A stretch of 62,930 nt of DNA, the filler included, from Trichomonas gallinae (Eukaryota): assembly GCA_008369845.1 (NCBI GenBank). It is 6 parts of 6 records of this genome, joined end to end, with 100 filler letters (N's around TTAATTAATTAA, not from the genome) between each part and the next. Parts side by side here need not be neighbours in the genome. Positions count along the whole stretch, not along the records: positions 20,026 to 40,258 come from MRSU01001625.1; positions 40,359 to 54,892 come from MRSU01001626.1; 4 more parts are not named here. The stretch is one strand, 5' to 3'. How positions within the stretch are numbered: the stretch's first letter is position 1; the number at the start of each line of letters is the position of its first letter. The notes under the pieces were generated by a model, which was not told where the DNA came from, did no database searches, and saw only the letters and a list, made by a program, of their open reading frames with translations. A program made the translations under genes and the position numbers. Of this stretch, positions 34,401 through 44,788 are shown one piece after another.

Positions 34401-36099
34401 TGCTCACATTTTCTCTGTATTTTCAAATATATTTTCTATCGTTCTCCAAGAATATCATCCATTGTTCGAAAACACTTGCATCAATGAGACAGATGCGAAG
34501 AATGAAATTAAGAAGAGCTTGCCTATCATTGGCCATTATTTCCAGTTATTAAGACTTGGAGGAAATTCAAATGATGAATTTCCATTCAGTGCGATGAATC
34601 AAGCTGTCGCTGAGGCATCAATAACAATAAAATGCACTGATCCTTATATGCCACCAACAATTATACCTGAGAGTTCTAGATGTTTCTCAGCTGGAGGTCA
34701 GTTCTATCTTTCTAATGCTCTTCTTAGCAAATTCAGCAATCTGATGTTTTTAGATGATCCAGTTTATCCACTTCCAAAAGGCGACGGATTAACTTATGCA
34801 TGGCAGATTGGTGCCATTGAACTCTATGAGGCATTCTTCTACAGAGCAGGTCTTAAGCTTGTTCCCACAATCAAAGAAAGAGTCAAAGCACAAGTTATTC
34901 CTTTGGCTGAATTTTGCTTCATTTTCATGATCATTGCTTTAGTTTTTTCGTTGAACATTTTAAGATTGACACGAGCTGAAGAAGTTTTGCTTAAATTCAC
35001 GATGAACTGCTTGCTTAAAGTTCATGCATCAACATTGATGTCTAACAGTCGCATCATGGAAATTCTCAGTGGAAACTATGCAAACGCTGTTGACGAAACC
35101 ACAGAGAAAACACAAAAATTCCACAATGATGTTGTTAATAAAATTTCTGACATCATCATTGTTTGCAGAGAAGAAAACAGCACAGTTATCAGTGTCAACA
35201 CAGCATTCGAGGAAATGTTTGGCATCAAGCAGGAAGATATGGAAAACAAGAATATCAAAGAATTTTTCTTGGATGGAAAATTTACATCAAAAGAAAAACT
35301 CGAGAGAGTCATAATATCGAAAGGTCAATTAATATACACGAAACCAAATCAAGAAAAAGTTTATTTCGAATTTTTGTCACAAAACATTACAGGAAGGAGA
35401 ATCTATTCATTAATTAACCAAACACAAAATGTTATGCACGAAAAATTGATTGAAGAAGAAAAGAAGAAATCAGATGCTATGCTAGCATCTATTTTGCCAC
35501 CAATGTTAGTTCCAAGAGTTCAAGCTGGAGAGAAGAACATTTCATTTGCTGTTCAGTCTGCAACTGTTCTTTTCTTGGATGTGGTCGAATTCACACCATG
35601 GTGTGGCTCCCATGATGCTCAGTATGTTATGAGAATGTTGAATATTATGTTCAAAGAATTTGATTCAATCACAGCAGCCCATAAGACAATGACTAAAATT
35701 AAATGCATCGGTGATTGTTATATGGCTGCTGGTGGCATTTTCGATGAAGTTAATCAGCCAGCAATTCATGCAAAAGAAGTTGTTGACTTTGGATGCAAAG
35801 CAATCAAGAAACTTGAAGAAATCGATGAACGCGAAAACGAGAAATTAAGAATCAGAGTCGGCATAAACACTGGAGGACCAATTGTTGCTGGTGTTATTGG
35901 AACGGAAAAGCCAACATTCGAAATTCTTGGCCCAGCAATTAATATTGCCCACGAAATGGAGAATAAAGGAGTTCCAATGAAAGTCCATATTTCTAGACCA
36001 GTTTATGAACTCATCTATGGCCAGCAGTTTGATATCAAAGAAAGAGGAGAAATAGATATCAAAGGTGGAAAGTTATCAACTTATTTAGTTGAACCATAA
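31447..36099 (+). CDS. Transmembrane adenylate/guanylate cyclase (trichomonad TMAC family) with PAS-like and class III cyclase domains
   Basis: Multiple TM clusters; VLFLDVVEFT, KIKCIGDCYMAAGG, RVGINTGGPIVAGVIG, VHIS, ERGEIDIKG motifs. Confidence 0.93.
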   Translation: MEEIQSIPTNASEDFSNSLSSRLIGLVDIPLSTRIRENLSALFNFLDIYGPKIPLLHSVVTYIRFFQIIGGAFMASNGDVFDQSTFTFRVISIITVLFHVIPVEYRWGNEYLFLYVINAILLIFGIYLLICSFIYKKTSTISKFSIVTLTLFMSFVPFILIPISVQYAGQIISAYIRGVFKIEMSTLFAVILTAICTFCYTWTMIKCYSRTLTFRATSFQTVESGPQCKIFITTNVVTFISSLTTYLTQWPSLACIILSIACFIYNSFTVFGCGTFVKLQHQTLVLASSIIGACISGASIIPIVTGRRWGPYFFIGVLVISVISLILSEMFIKRRVTKDLHSLDEFEATGDFEVIGKKNKFKQVVATGFTYAHKTCIDFTVFKAAVQKWNNDLDVWIIYAKFASIYPELSHTLEFIGSNMKLIAKKNQEAQYYMMNIGQIIKTRETKFTPELKSKISKITKHFDKSKNRLRNIWDLVLQGNVNEIDTAIRAAYDSVNTSEVEMNQLLMLYPNNRFVARQYARLQIEIKSDPCNFKKWNDNLKQLQKGVMIYPDTLHELGFIAYENIPEYSNESATGSKVGTEQESIVDDFSTTFEDDLDLQKVESIKNMIDRHKIPAIQYMYYSTALSFIFLIFIPFMTLLGLFFIFSSNITKPLELMYGISYMRNMINMLPAFLSKFLMQEIEDPNEPGTKLMTLINLPADFPMDAYGNTRGTKRILEYLITQVSSANTMIVPLRHFASGNKHIEKVRDLMFAGTLDFNFVINTSKVITTKSNLVQVSYMIANHISKVIGLNNYTADVPKNLDTLTAKNNNVDATEALTKSIEYIVSFMKDIDARYQKIIYYARMPVIGLVIITYIIIYNVQIRKLRSNKIAIYGLLSSLPKTVISNISYSYSKLQREPTATIQSLGSVAEIETNRQEESIIKLFSSINDGSARAKVELNNLFNILFIIAAACVAYYFICESFINSSVEVVRNCYHINYMYGSIAHIFSVFSNIFSIVLQEYHPLFENTCINETDAKNEIKKSLPIIGHYFQLLRLGGNSNDEFPFSAMNQAVAEASITIKCTDPYMPPTIIPESSRCFSAGGQFYLSNALLSKFSNLMFLDDPVYPLPKGDGLTYAWQIGAIELYEAFFYRAGLKLVPTIKERVKAQVIPLAEFCFIFMIIALVFSLNILRLTRAEEVLLKFTMNCLLKVHASTLMSNSRIMEILSGNYANAVDETTEKTQKFHNDVVNKISDIIIVCREENSTVISVNTAFEEMFGIKQEDMENKNIKEFFLDGKFTSKEKLERVIISKGQLIYTKPNQEKVYFEFLSQNITGRRIYSLINQTQNVMHEKLIEEEKKKSDAMLASILPPMLVPRVQAGEKNISFAVQSATVLFLDVVEFTPWCGSHDAQYVMRMLNIMFKEFDSITAAHKTMTKIKCIGDCYMAAGGIFDEVNQPAIHAKEVVDFGCKAIKKLEEIDERENEKLRIRVGINTGGPIVAGVIGTEKPTFEILGPAINIAHEMENKGVPMKVHISRPVYELIYGQQFDIKERGEIDIKGGKLSTYLVEP

Positions 36100-36282
36100 T
36101 TCAATTATTATTTATCTTTTTAAATTTTGTTAGTAAATGTTTATTATTTAAATTCGTTGAAACCAATTTTAATATTAATATCTCAGCTAATAAGTTCAAT
36201 AATTTCAATTCAAGTGGTGCTGCTTCTTCATTTTCAGATTTCTATTAAAATAGATTAAATTGATATTAGAAAAAAAAATGCT

Positions 36283-37536
36283 TTATTCAAGAGATGCTTC
36301 AAGTTTAAGTTGGTAGTCTTTAATGACATCAATTGCTTCACCAATCTTCATTTGTGGGTGAATAACTTTCATGCCATATTCGATTGAGTTCCCAACAACT
36401 TTAGCTTCTTTCTCTGATAAGTATGAAGTAGCAGTTCTAAATCTTCCATAAACATTGTTGATTCCATTCTTAATGATCGAAAAAGATAAGTATCCATTAA
36501 GATGTTTGATTTCATCTTCATTCATCTTGAAATCAACCCAAACATCATCGAATTTATTTCCAAGATCGAATGTTCCAATCAAAGAAAGATCAACAGCATT
36601 TCCAATATATTTCTTCTCTCTTTCGGTGTCACTTGGCGAGATATATGACATCTTGACAGCTTTGAGGCCAGAATATTGCTCGCCAATCTTTACTCTTCTT
36701 TGGAGATCATTTCTCAACGATTTCATCATTTCAGCAACTGTGCTGTTAATTGTTATATCTTTTGCAATGACTCTTATCTGCGAAAAGTTGTTTGCGAGAT
36801 TGAAATCATCTTGATTCTTCAAGAATTGGCGTGTGTTGATGCATGTTACAACACCACATTGATCGAACTTGTTGTTATAAGCAGAAAAGCCAAGAACAAT
36901 GTTTGCCCAATAATAATCAGTCAAATTTTTCAGTTTGCCATTTAACTTGTATGTCATGAATTCTCTGGAGTCAGATTTCATGTCAATCATCTTTGTGGCG
37001 CCTGTGTAATGAAGTAATTCCTTCTTTTTGGCATAAACTCTTGTTACTTCTGTATCAAATGACTGTGTAGGAGGAAGCTCACCGTTGTATCCATCAATTT
37101 CTTTCTCAAAGACTTTGTCAATAGGAATGATTGTTGGTTTGTAGTCAATCGATTTGTTTGCTTTAATATGATCGAATAAATTCTTTACGAAACCACCATC
37201 ACCTGCCATGTGGTTGACATTCAAGACAATTGTATCTTTGTTAGATCCTAACGATGCCAATGTTTGATCCATTGGTCTTGTATAGTTGTTGTACATAACT
37301 TGGCAAAGATCTTGAACAGACATGTTATCAGGAAGCTTGTAGACAGCAAAATCAGGATTAATTTGATAAATATAATCACCATCAGTCGCATGACTGAATC
37401 CAGCTGTGCATTTTTGAATGATGGGAATAGCAATTTCTAAATCTTTTGGATTTTTGAATTTCATGGCGAATTGAACGAAAGCTTTTGCATTGAAGAAAGT
37501 TTTCTCCCAACCGAACAGCTTCCTTCTGTTTAGCAT
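36283..37536 (-). CDS. CoA-dependent acyltransferase/condensation-domain protein (alcohol acetyltransferase-like)
   Basis: HxxxDG motif NHMAGDGG; INTRQFL; ATG 37536 preceded by Inr TCACTT/TCATTT. Confidence 0.7.
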   Translation of the reverse strand: MLNRRKLFGWEKTFFNAKAFVQFAMKFKNPKDLEIAIPIIQKCTAGFSHATDGDYIYQINPDFAVYKLPDNMSVQDLCQVMYNNYTRPMDQTLASLGSNKDTIVLNVNHMAGDGGFVKNLFDHIKANKSIDYKPTIIPIDKVFEKEIDGYNGELPPTQSFDTEVTRVYAKKKELLHYTGATKMIDMKSDSREFMTYKLNGKLKNLTDYYWANIVLGFSAYNNKFDQCGVVTCINTRQFLKNQDDFNLANNFSQIRVIAKDITINSTVAEMMKSLRNDLQRRVKIGEQYSGLKAVKMSYISPSDTEREKKYIGNAVDLSLIGTFDLGNKFDDVWVDFKMNEDEIKHLNGYLSFSIIKNGINNVYGRFRTATSYLSEKEAKVVGNSIEYGMKVIHPQMKIGEAIDVIKDYQLKLEASLE

Positions 37537-38127
37537 GATGAAAAATGAAGTGACGATCAAAATTGAATGATATCAGAATTTTATTCTCATTATCATTTGC
37601 ACAATATATATATATAAGGAAAGCTAAATTCTAAATTTTTCGACGATTGGCTGGACAAATGTTAGATGAAGAAAAAGTGAATTAAACATATACCGTTGAG
37701 GATTTCTATAATAAATTATTGCTATATTTCTTGATTATGTTATCCATATCATATAAAGATACGATGTTTTAAACTTTATTAAATAATTTATATTAAAAAT
37801 CAATAACAAACATTGACTCTGATATGGTTAAATAACATTCATGTGGGATATATGAAGTATAGTGGTGATAACTCGAAAAATGATCAATTTTGAATTTCTG
37901 AAAATTTTCAATAAAATCATTGTATTATAGAATAAATAGATTCAAAAAGGATATTTATTGTTTGATTAAAGTTACCATCCAATTTTATCGATAATTTTTT
38001 TTTTTTTTTGATGGGCAATTTCTAAGTTAGCAAATTTAATATTTAATAAATAGTTTAATACATGAAAAATTTATATATACAATAATAAGATAAGTTTTCA
38101 TCAGCAGCCTTGCTCAAACTTCTTTGT

Positions 38128-39486
38128 TCATATTTCTGTTCCTTCTTGTTGAAGAGAAAATACGTCTGCTGCTCTTTCATTTTCATAGAACTCGTCGCCG
38201 AATGGGTCAGTATCACATTCACAAACATTTGTTGTAAAGAGAGGGTTGTCAATGGTTATTTCTACATTGTCTCCTGTATATCCAATGACTGTTTCTTCTA
38301 TATCATCATCATTGACTTCACTATCAGAGTCCGATTCTGATTTTCTAAAGACAACAAAAATCAAAATAATGATAATTATAACAAATAGTAATAATCCGAT
38401 TACTATTCCGATAATTGCTCTCAAAGGAAACTTTGATTTTTTATCTGTTGGTTCATTGAGTTTACTAAATACCACTGCTTCTTTTCCATCTGATTGAGTT
38501 TTTTCTATTGGTGATATCGAATTCGTCTTCAATTGGACCGTCGCACTTAGTGTTGTCGAAGGTGTTGATGATAGTGTAGAAGATGGTGTACTAGATGGTG
38601 TAGAAGATGATGTTGATGATGGTGTAGAAGATGGTGTATTAGATGGTGTAGAAGATGGTGTTGATGATGGTGTAGAAGATGGTGTTGATGATGGTGTACT
38701 TGACGGTGTGCTAGATGGAGTGCTGGATAGTGTACTAGATGGTGTTCGGTCAGGCCTTTCATGAACAGTAAACGAGAAGCTCTTATTAACTGTATAGAAA
38801 CCATCGAAAGCATATATTGTTATTGTTTTCTCACCCGGAACTTCATTTGGAGGAATTGTTACTTTGAATTTAATATCTTTCGATTGCATAGAATGGGTGA
38901 CTGTTATATTATGTTGTTTTTCTCCATTTTCATATTGCGTTGAAACAATTATATCATCTTCAGAATCGCTATCAAGAAATTTCGCTGTGAATTCAGCATC
39001 ATCTCCTTGAAAGATTGAATTTTCTGGTTCCTTTACAATTTTAATTTCTGGTGGATGGTTTTTGACAGTAATATTCATCTGAATGAATGAAGTCGTTTTA
39101 CCATTGAAATGTATAGCAAAAAAATATAAAAAATATTGACCAGTCTTACCTGGCACCTTATAATTGAAATTAATGCTCGCATTGTCTAAAAGTGGTTTTC
39201 GTTTGGTGCAATGTATAAATGTGGAAGGATTATTAGCTGATGTGTTATCCTTCTTGTAGTGGGCGCACGCGAAATCACTTCTATTTAGGCGCAAAAATCC
39301 GAATTCTATTGGAATTTTTATTGTTGTGCTTGGATTTACATCTTGATTCAGATAATTATCATCGATATGAATCCATAGATCGCCAGACTTGTCTGTTTCG
39401 TTAGCTAATGTCTGGCGATTATAGAAATGTGTACTTGGTGATGCGGATAAGTCTGTTCTGATAAGAAGAAGTGCTGACAACATCAT
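38128..39486 (-). CDS. Type I surface protein with Ig-like (Bap-like) segment, STPS mucin-like stalk, TM helix and acidic tail
   Basis: Signal peptide, NHPPEI/DSDSED Ig-like segment, (STPS)n, IIGIVIGLLLFVIIIIILIFVVF, DNPLF. Confidence 0.85.
   Translation of the reverse strand: MMLSALLLIRTDLSASPSTHFYNRQTLANETDKSGDLWIHIDDNYLNQDVNPSTTIKIPIEFGFLRLNRSDFACAHYKKDNTSANNPSTFIHCTKRKPLLDNASINFNYKVPGKTGQYFLYFFAIHFNGKTTSFIQMNITVKNHPPEIKIVKEPENSIFQGDDAEFTAKFLDSDSEDDIIVSTQYENGEKQHNITVTHSMQSKDIKFKVTIPPNEVPGEKTITIYAFDGFYTVNKSFSFTVHERPDRTPSSTLSSTPSSTPSSTPSSTPSSTPSSTPSSTPSNTPSSTPSSTSSSTPSSTPSSTLSSTPSTTLSATVQLKTNSISPIEKTQSDGKEAVVFSKLNEPTDKKSKFPLRAIIGIVIGLLLFVIIIIILIFVVFRKSESDSDSEVNDDDIEETVIGYTGDNVEITIDNPLFTTNVCECDTDPFGDEFYENERAADVFSLQQEGTEI
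38555..38745 (-). repeat. 12-bp coding tandem repeat (Ser-Thr-Pro-Ser)
   Basis: GATGGTGTAGAA/GATGGTGTTGAT units on the plus strand. Confidence 0.9.
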
Positions 39487-40258
39487 TGATAAAATTGATT
39501 TTTTTAATCAAAAATTCACTATTATTCAATTTCAAATTTATTTTTGTTTAGATAATGATAAAAAACAATATTTAATAAAAATCTATTTGAATGATAGGGG
39601 ATCACCAAACGATATTCTTTCAATTTTTTAAGAGACTTCTCAAATCACTCAATTGAACAAACATCATTCGATATTCTATAACTTTGAAACACCCAATTAA
39701 CATATATCAAATAATATATTGGGTTCATAAAATCTACATTGAATGTAATAAATCGGCGAATTGCAAATCTTAAAATTGTGGCTTTACTAGGTATATCGAA
39801 ACACGAATGAATCAAAAAATCAATTTTTGCCAATAATGGTCCTAAACATTACAATTAACATTAATATTCATTAATGAACACATGTCATTCAAAATCGATA
39901 AAGTCATTTAAATGAGGAGCAATCGACTCTTAAAAATATGATTGAAGTTCTTCTGAGCTCTGAAATTCATAAAACATGATATATTCGCTATAATACTCAA
40001 TTTGATTTTTCTTTTTTGACATGAATACCTTTTTTGAAAGAGCTCATTGAATTTTTTTTGACAATTGATTGGGAAACATCAATGAATTTAAGTTTGAATT
40101 ATTTGACGATGATAACGATGCTTTTAATGTTCATTATATGCGATCCATATTCTATTATTGGAATTTTCATATAAATCTCAGCGTAATTTTTAAGTGTATA
40201 AAAAAAGTATTTCTTTAGGAAAGTTTTTATAGAGATGACTTATGAACTGCATACGAAA

Positions 40259-40358
40259 NNNNNNNNNNNNNNNNNNNNNNNNNNNNNNNNNNNNNNNNNN
40301 NNTTAATTAATTAANNNNNNNNNNNNNNNNNNNNNNNNNNNNNNNNNNNNNNNNNNNN
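40259..40358. other. Assembly linker
   Basis: N44-TTAATTAATTAA-N44. Confidence 0.97.
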
Positions 40359-40428
40359 CACCGCTGGTCTAATGGTAGAATTTCACCTTGCCAAGGTGGG
40401 GGTCCGGGTTCGATTCCCGGGCGGTGCA
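40359..40428 (+). tRNA. tRNA-Gly(GCC), first base lost in the gap
   Basis: (G)CACCGC/GCGGTGC acceptor stem, TCACC-TT-GCC-AA-GGTGG anticodon arm, GTTCGA T-loop, downstream T-tract. Confidence 0.95.
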
Positions 40429-40581
40429 AATCTTTTTCTTTTTTAAAGTTTTGTTTTTACATGACAAAAAGATGAATAAAATGACAAACTTTAAAATTTT
40501 AAAAACATTACATGACAAATACAATGCTTTTCGTCAGATATAAATTGAGATATCGGTTATCTATCGTCCAAATTAGGTTAA

Positions 40582-41199
40582 ATGCTTGGACGCAAGTTCG
40601 ATTATTCATTGAAGGTTGTCGTTGTCGGTGATTCTGGTGTCGGCAAAACATGCCTTCTCATCAGGTTCATCCGTGACCTTTGGGATGAAGATTCCCAGCC
40701 AACACTCGGTGTCGAATTTATGACCAAAATTGTTCAAACAGATAAGCATCGCATCCAACTCCAGCTTTGGGATACAGCCGGTCAGGAACTTTTCAGATCA
40801 GTTACTCGTGGCTATTATCGTGGTTCTGCTGGTGCTCTTCTCGTTTTCGATCTTACAAACTCTGATTCCTTTGCTAACATCAACCGTTGGCTTCAGGATG
40901 TCAAGGATGTTGCACGTGCAGATGTTGTTACATTATTGATTGGCAACAAGGTTGATATTTGCGAAGCTAATCCAGAAAAGCGTCAAGTTACACGTCAGGA
41001 GGCAGAAGATTTCGCTAAGCAGCATAACATGAAGTATTTCGAAACATCTGCCAAAACTGGTGTTCAGATCAATGAAGCTATCAATGCTTGCGTTGAAGTT
41101 ATTGAAGCTAACGTTGCTTCTGGTACTTACGATATTACACCAAATTCCGACAATGTCGATTTCGAGCAAGAGGAACAGCCGAAGTCTGGCTGCTGCTAA
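40582..41199 (+). CDS. Rab family GTPase
   Basis: GDSGVGKT, WDTAGQE, YYRGSAG, GNKVD, ETSAK, C-terminal CC. Confidence 0.97.
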   Translation: MLGRKFDYSLKVVVVGDSGVGKTCLLIRFIRDLWDEDSQPTLGVEFMTKIVQTDKHRIQLQLWDTAGQELFRSVTRGYYRGSAGALLVFDLTNSDSFANINRWLQDVKDVARADVVTLLIGNKVDICEANPEKRQVTRQEAEDFAKQHNMKYFETSAKTGVQINEAINACVEVIEANVASGTYDITPNSDNVDFEQEEQPKSGCC

Positions 41200-41475
41200 A
41201 TTTGAAATTATTTTTGATTTCCCTTGATCTTTTCATTAAAATTCTCTATAAGTTCATTACTACTATTTTATAACCTTTGAAATTATACTTTTTATCTAAT
41301 ATTTCGAAAATAATATAATTTTCGTAACTTAATTAGCAAATATTCCATGAATAATCCTATTTGTTTCATTGATTACATGACTAATTTAAAGTATTATGTT
41401 ACAAAAGTAAAAATAATTTTTTTCGAAATATTTTTATTGAGTATTATATAAAATTGAACATGGAGATTAATTGAC

Positions 41476-42774
41476 TCAGAAGTCATAGTGGAGGTATGGG
41501 TACTTTCTTGTAAAACAAAGAGGACGGATTGCAAACCAAACAACAATTCCAACGACAAGAGATGCAACAGAGATGGCTGCTGCAACGCCAACTGTGTATC
41601 CTGGCTCAAGGGATGGTGATTTTGTCCTTGGAGGAATTGTTGGCTCGGGTGATTGTGGTGGAACTGATTGTGATGGAGATCTTGGTGGAACTGTTTGATC
41701 AGGTGTTTTACCTGGTGTCGGTAATGGTGTTGGTGTTACATAAATGTGGCACATTTGTGTAAGATATCGCTCTTGGGTAAGAGTATAGTTGTTTGCGCTC
41801 CAGTAATTAGAGTAACCTTGAAAAGATCCACCAGCTAGCTCGCTGGTGCTTATCTTTAAGTCATTTTGTGCATTAAGATCACAATAAGCATTAGTAACTA
41901 CACGTGTTGTTTGGCCGCTTGATACAAGTGGGTTTGAAGCATCTCTATTACTGATTGAAAAGAAGCCGCAGTCGCTAAATGTTGTAGCTAGAATATCCAA
42001 GTTTGTGATTTCTGAGATAGCAAGAGGTTGGCTTACAAGATCCACTGTGTTTAATAAGCAATGTTTATATGCTAATGTCAGTTTGATTGAAGAGCTTGAT
42101 GAATACGACATGAGTCCTTTGATTCTGCAGTTATAGAAAGTGCAAAAAGAATATAATCCTTGGGCACCAGCAGTTGCTGCAGCCGTTTTAACAAAAGTAA
42201 AACCTCGTGCTCCTGTATAGTTAAATTCGTCAAAATTGCAGTCTTGCGAGTTTAGAATATAGTAGAAATTGCTACCATCATAGGTGGCATCTGTTGTATA
42301 TACAGCATTACCATTGAATTTAGCTACTGCATTTGCTCCACTATTGAAAAAGAATGCATTTTGATTATTCAAGTTGATATTAGTAACACAATTATATTCA
42401 AAAGTTAACTTAGTCATTGAAGCTGTAGCTGAAATGATTGAATTAGAATTATATCCACTGAAACCGCAGCTGTGAACTGTAAGGTCTGTTACAGTACTAA
42501 GTGTGAGTGTACTTGAAGAAAATGAGTCATCTTCAATTCTACACGTTGTACCAGGGCACTGAGATGAATCAGCCTTTATCAAAGATATTGCGTCTGTTAA
42601 GAATTTAGAAAAAGAAGACTTTGAAATAAATAATTTTTGATTAATTTGCGAATAAAAGAATTGGTGAGCTTGGTTTTTGAAGTGTGTGTCTGTAACTTTG
42701 AGGTATCTGTGATTTGCGAAGAACGGAGAGTGTGTAAGTGATGAGAATCGTAAACTTGTAATAGAAACGTTCAT
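41476..42774 (-). CDS. Membrane-anchored surface protein (beta-helix-like ectodomain, Pro-rich stalk, TM helix, Tyr-rich short tail)
   Basis: PTPLPTPGKTPDQTVPP stalk; VGVAAAISVASLVVGIVVWFAI TM; tail KYPYLHYDF. Confidence 0.75.
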   Translation of the reverse strand: MNVSITSLRFSSLTHSPFFANHRYLKVTDTHFKNQAHQFFYSQINQKLFISKSSFSKFLTDAISLIKADSSQCPGTTCRIEDDSFSSSTLTLSTVTDLTVHSCGFSGYNSNSIISATASMTKLTFEYNCVTNINLNNQNAFFFNSGANAVAKFNGNAVYTTDATYDGSNFYYILNSQDCNFDEFNYTGARGFTFVKTAAATAGAQGLYSFCTFYNCRIKGLMSYSSSSSIKLTLAYKHCLLNTVDLVSQPLAISEITNLDILATTFSDCGFFSISNRDASNPLVSSGQTTRVVTNAYCDLNAQNDLKISTSELAGGSFQGYSNYWSANNYTLTQERYLTQMCHIYVTPTPLPTPGKTPDQTVPPRSPSQSVPPQSPEPTIPPRTKSPSLEPGYTVGVAAAISVASLVVGIVVWFAIRPLCFTRKYPYLHYDF

Positions 42775-43104
42775 TTTAAATATAAAAACGATAATTTTGT
42801 AAAAATTTTAAGCAAAAATACGTTATTTATTTTATCTTGCTAAATCTTATCAAAAATGGAATATTTATGCAACAAGCAGGCGAAATAGATCAAGAATACT
42901 TGATTTTATTTTTTTGACGCGTAAAATCAATTCCGGAATTATTTCTGGCATGTAAAATATTTTTGACTGATGATCATTCTTCTGCCATGTAATGTTTTCT
43001 CCAAGCATGCTATTACATCACTAATCTCAGCCACATTGGTAATATCTATGCATCACTGATGATATTTTTGGTGGGCAATTGCAGATTTATGGTATTTTCC
43101 AAAA

Positions 43105-43320
43105 TTCAAAATATTTTCATCTTGATTAATTAACTAGAGTATATATAATCAAAAACCTATATAGGATTATGTTAGATATTTGACTTTCTTGATGACTGAA
43201 ATCATGAAAGAATATTCAAAATATTTACATTTTGCCAATAGTCAATTAGATTCCATAATTTTGAGAACATATATAGGAATTTGTTAGAAATAATACTTTC
43301 CTTATGGCTGAAATCATGAT
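43105..43320. repeat. Degenerate ~110-bp tandem duplication
   Basis: TTCAAAATATTT and TATATAGGA...GTTAGA...ACTTTC...CTGAAATCATGA blocks each occur twice ~110 bp apart. Confidence 0.6.
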
Positions 43321-43351
43321 AAAAAAATTGATTATAGAAAATCAAAATAGT

Positions 43352-43900
43352 TTACTTAGATTCTGGTGCCGGAAGAGATGATTGTCTCTTAGAATTGCGG
43401 GATGACCATTGTTTGTTGAATTCATTAACCTCATCTGGTTTAATATTATGGCGTGACTCGTGCTCAGTGACAGAGCCATCTTTCTCTGTAACCTTATGAT
43501 GTGTGATTGATTTGTTACCAATTCTCCTTGTTTCAATAATCTTCTTCTTTCCAGACTTTGAATCTTGTTCTTCGCGGTAAATATGTTGGACGCCATCAGA
43601 TGTTGTATACATGGAAGAGCTGCATGTGTAGTACTGTGGCTCTCCTTCTTCTTCATTCTCTTCTTCCTCTTCAACAATTGGTTGCTTCTTTTGTTTCTTT
43701 GGCTTTTCATGCTCCTCCTCTACTTCTTCTAATACTCTAGCGCGAGGCCTTGAGAAGAATGGATCGAAAAAGTCACCAAATTCGCGTTCCATTTCACGAT
43801 CAACGGAATCCATCCATCTGGACATATAGTCGAAGACTCCTGATCTCATTGGAGCGAAGCGGCGGTAGTTAGTGATTGGCTCATCAAACCAGTTCAACAT
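43352..43900 (-). CDS. Myeloid leukemia factor (MLF)-like protein
   Basis: YYTCSSSM...DSKSGKKKIIETRRIGNKSITHHK...NIKPDEVNEFNKQW fits the MLF domain; ATG 43900 follows Inr TCACTT. Confidence 0.7.
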   Translation of the reverse strand: MLNWFDEPITNYRRFAPMRSGVFDYMSRWMDSVDREMEREFGDFFDPFFSRPRARVLEEVEEEHEKPKKQKKQPIVEEEEENEEEGEPQYYTCSSSMYTTSDGVQHIYREEQDSKSGKKKIIETRRIGNKSITHHKVTEKDGSVTEHESRHNIKPDEVNEFNKQWSSRNSKRQSSLPAPESK

Positions 43901-44374
43901 TTTTGCAAAGTGAAGTGTCAAAATCTGGATTTTATTTATTCTCTCTCAATTTTAGGGATCCGGCCACTTATCTTTTTAATTTTTATTGGCCGGTTTGTTA
44001 TCTACTTGTGTCCATCTCACATTTGGGCCTTTTATCTCTCATTTGCCCATATATATGACGATTTTAGTTGTAAGTTATATCTAATGATTTAATCAATTTC
44101 AAAGTTTTGACTGTCTGCGTGATTATACCAATTAAATCATACTCTTGCATTTTAATATATATGTTCAATGTATTTTATGCGAATATAGCATTGATTCTGT
44201 TGATAAATCATTGATTTAATAATGATTTTCTGTGAATATATTATAATTAAACACAGTCGTTTTAGAATATTATTATAATGATGTTCTATATGCTATATCT
44301 ATGGGTATATTAGCAAAAAATGAAAATTTGATGAATGGCGAGAATAAGGTTATTCAAAAGTGACAAAAAATATC

Positions 44375-44788
44375 ATGAGTAAAAAAATTACAGCAAATGA
44401 TATAAAAGAGAAGACAAAGATACTTAAAGATCTTAAAGATGACTACAATGAAACCGTTTCTGCTGTAAATAATGAATTAGGAAAGCTAGAACGACAAATT
44501 TCAGGGCCAAAAGTTCGAATTTCATTGCAATTTGCGCAGCAGTGTCTTGATACTATCAAAAATCATCCTGAAAACATAAATACTATCATAGATTTGCTTC
44601 AACAGTGTCAAGATGAAAACATTTCAGATATATCCTCTTCATTTTCGGACATTGCAGATGATATACAATTCCCTAATGATTCCATAGTAGAAAATCATGA
44701 TAATATTGAAGAAGAAGATTCGGATTCATTTAAAGCTGATGATTTAGAACTTGATAAGTTTTACAATCAATGGGATGCAAACAGCTAG
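44375..44788 (+). CDS. Small coiled-coil/acidic hypothetical protein
   Basis: ATG 44375 preceded by M2 motif AAAGTGAC at 44357. Confidence 0.6.
   Translation: MSKKITANDIKEKTKILKDLKDDYNETVSAVNNELGKLERQISGPKVRISLQFAQQCLDTIKNHPENINTIIDLLQQCQDENISDISSSFSDIADDIQFPNDSIVENHDNIEEEDSDSFKADDLELDKFYNQWDANS

Noticed and set aside
38547..38813. His-rich 88-aa ORF
   Set aside because: Alternative frame of the STPS coding repeat
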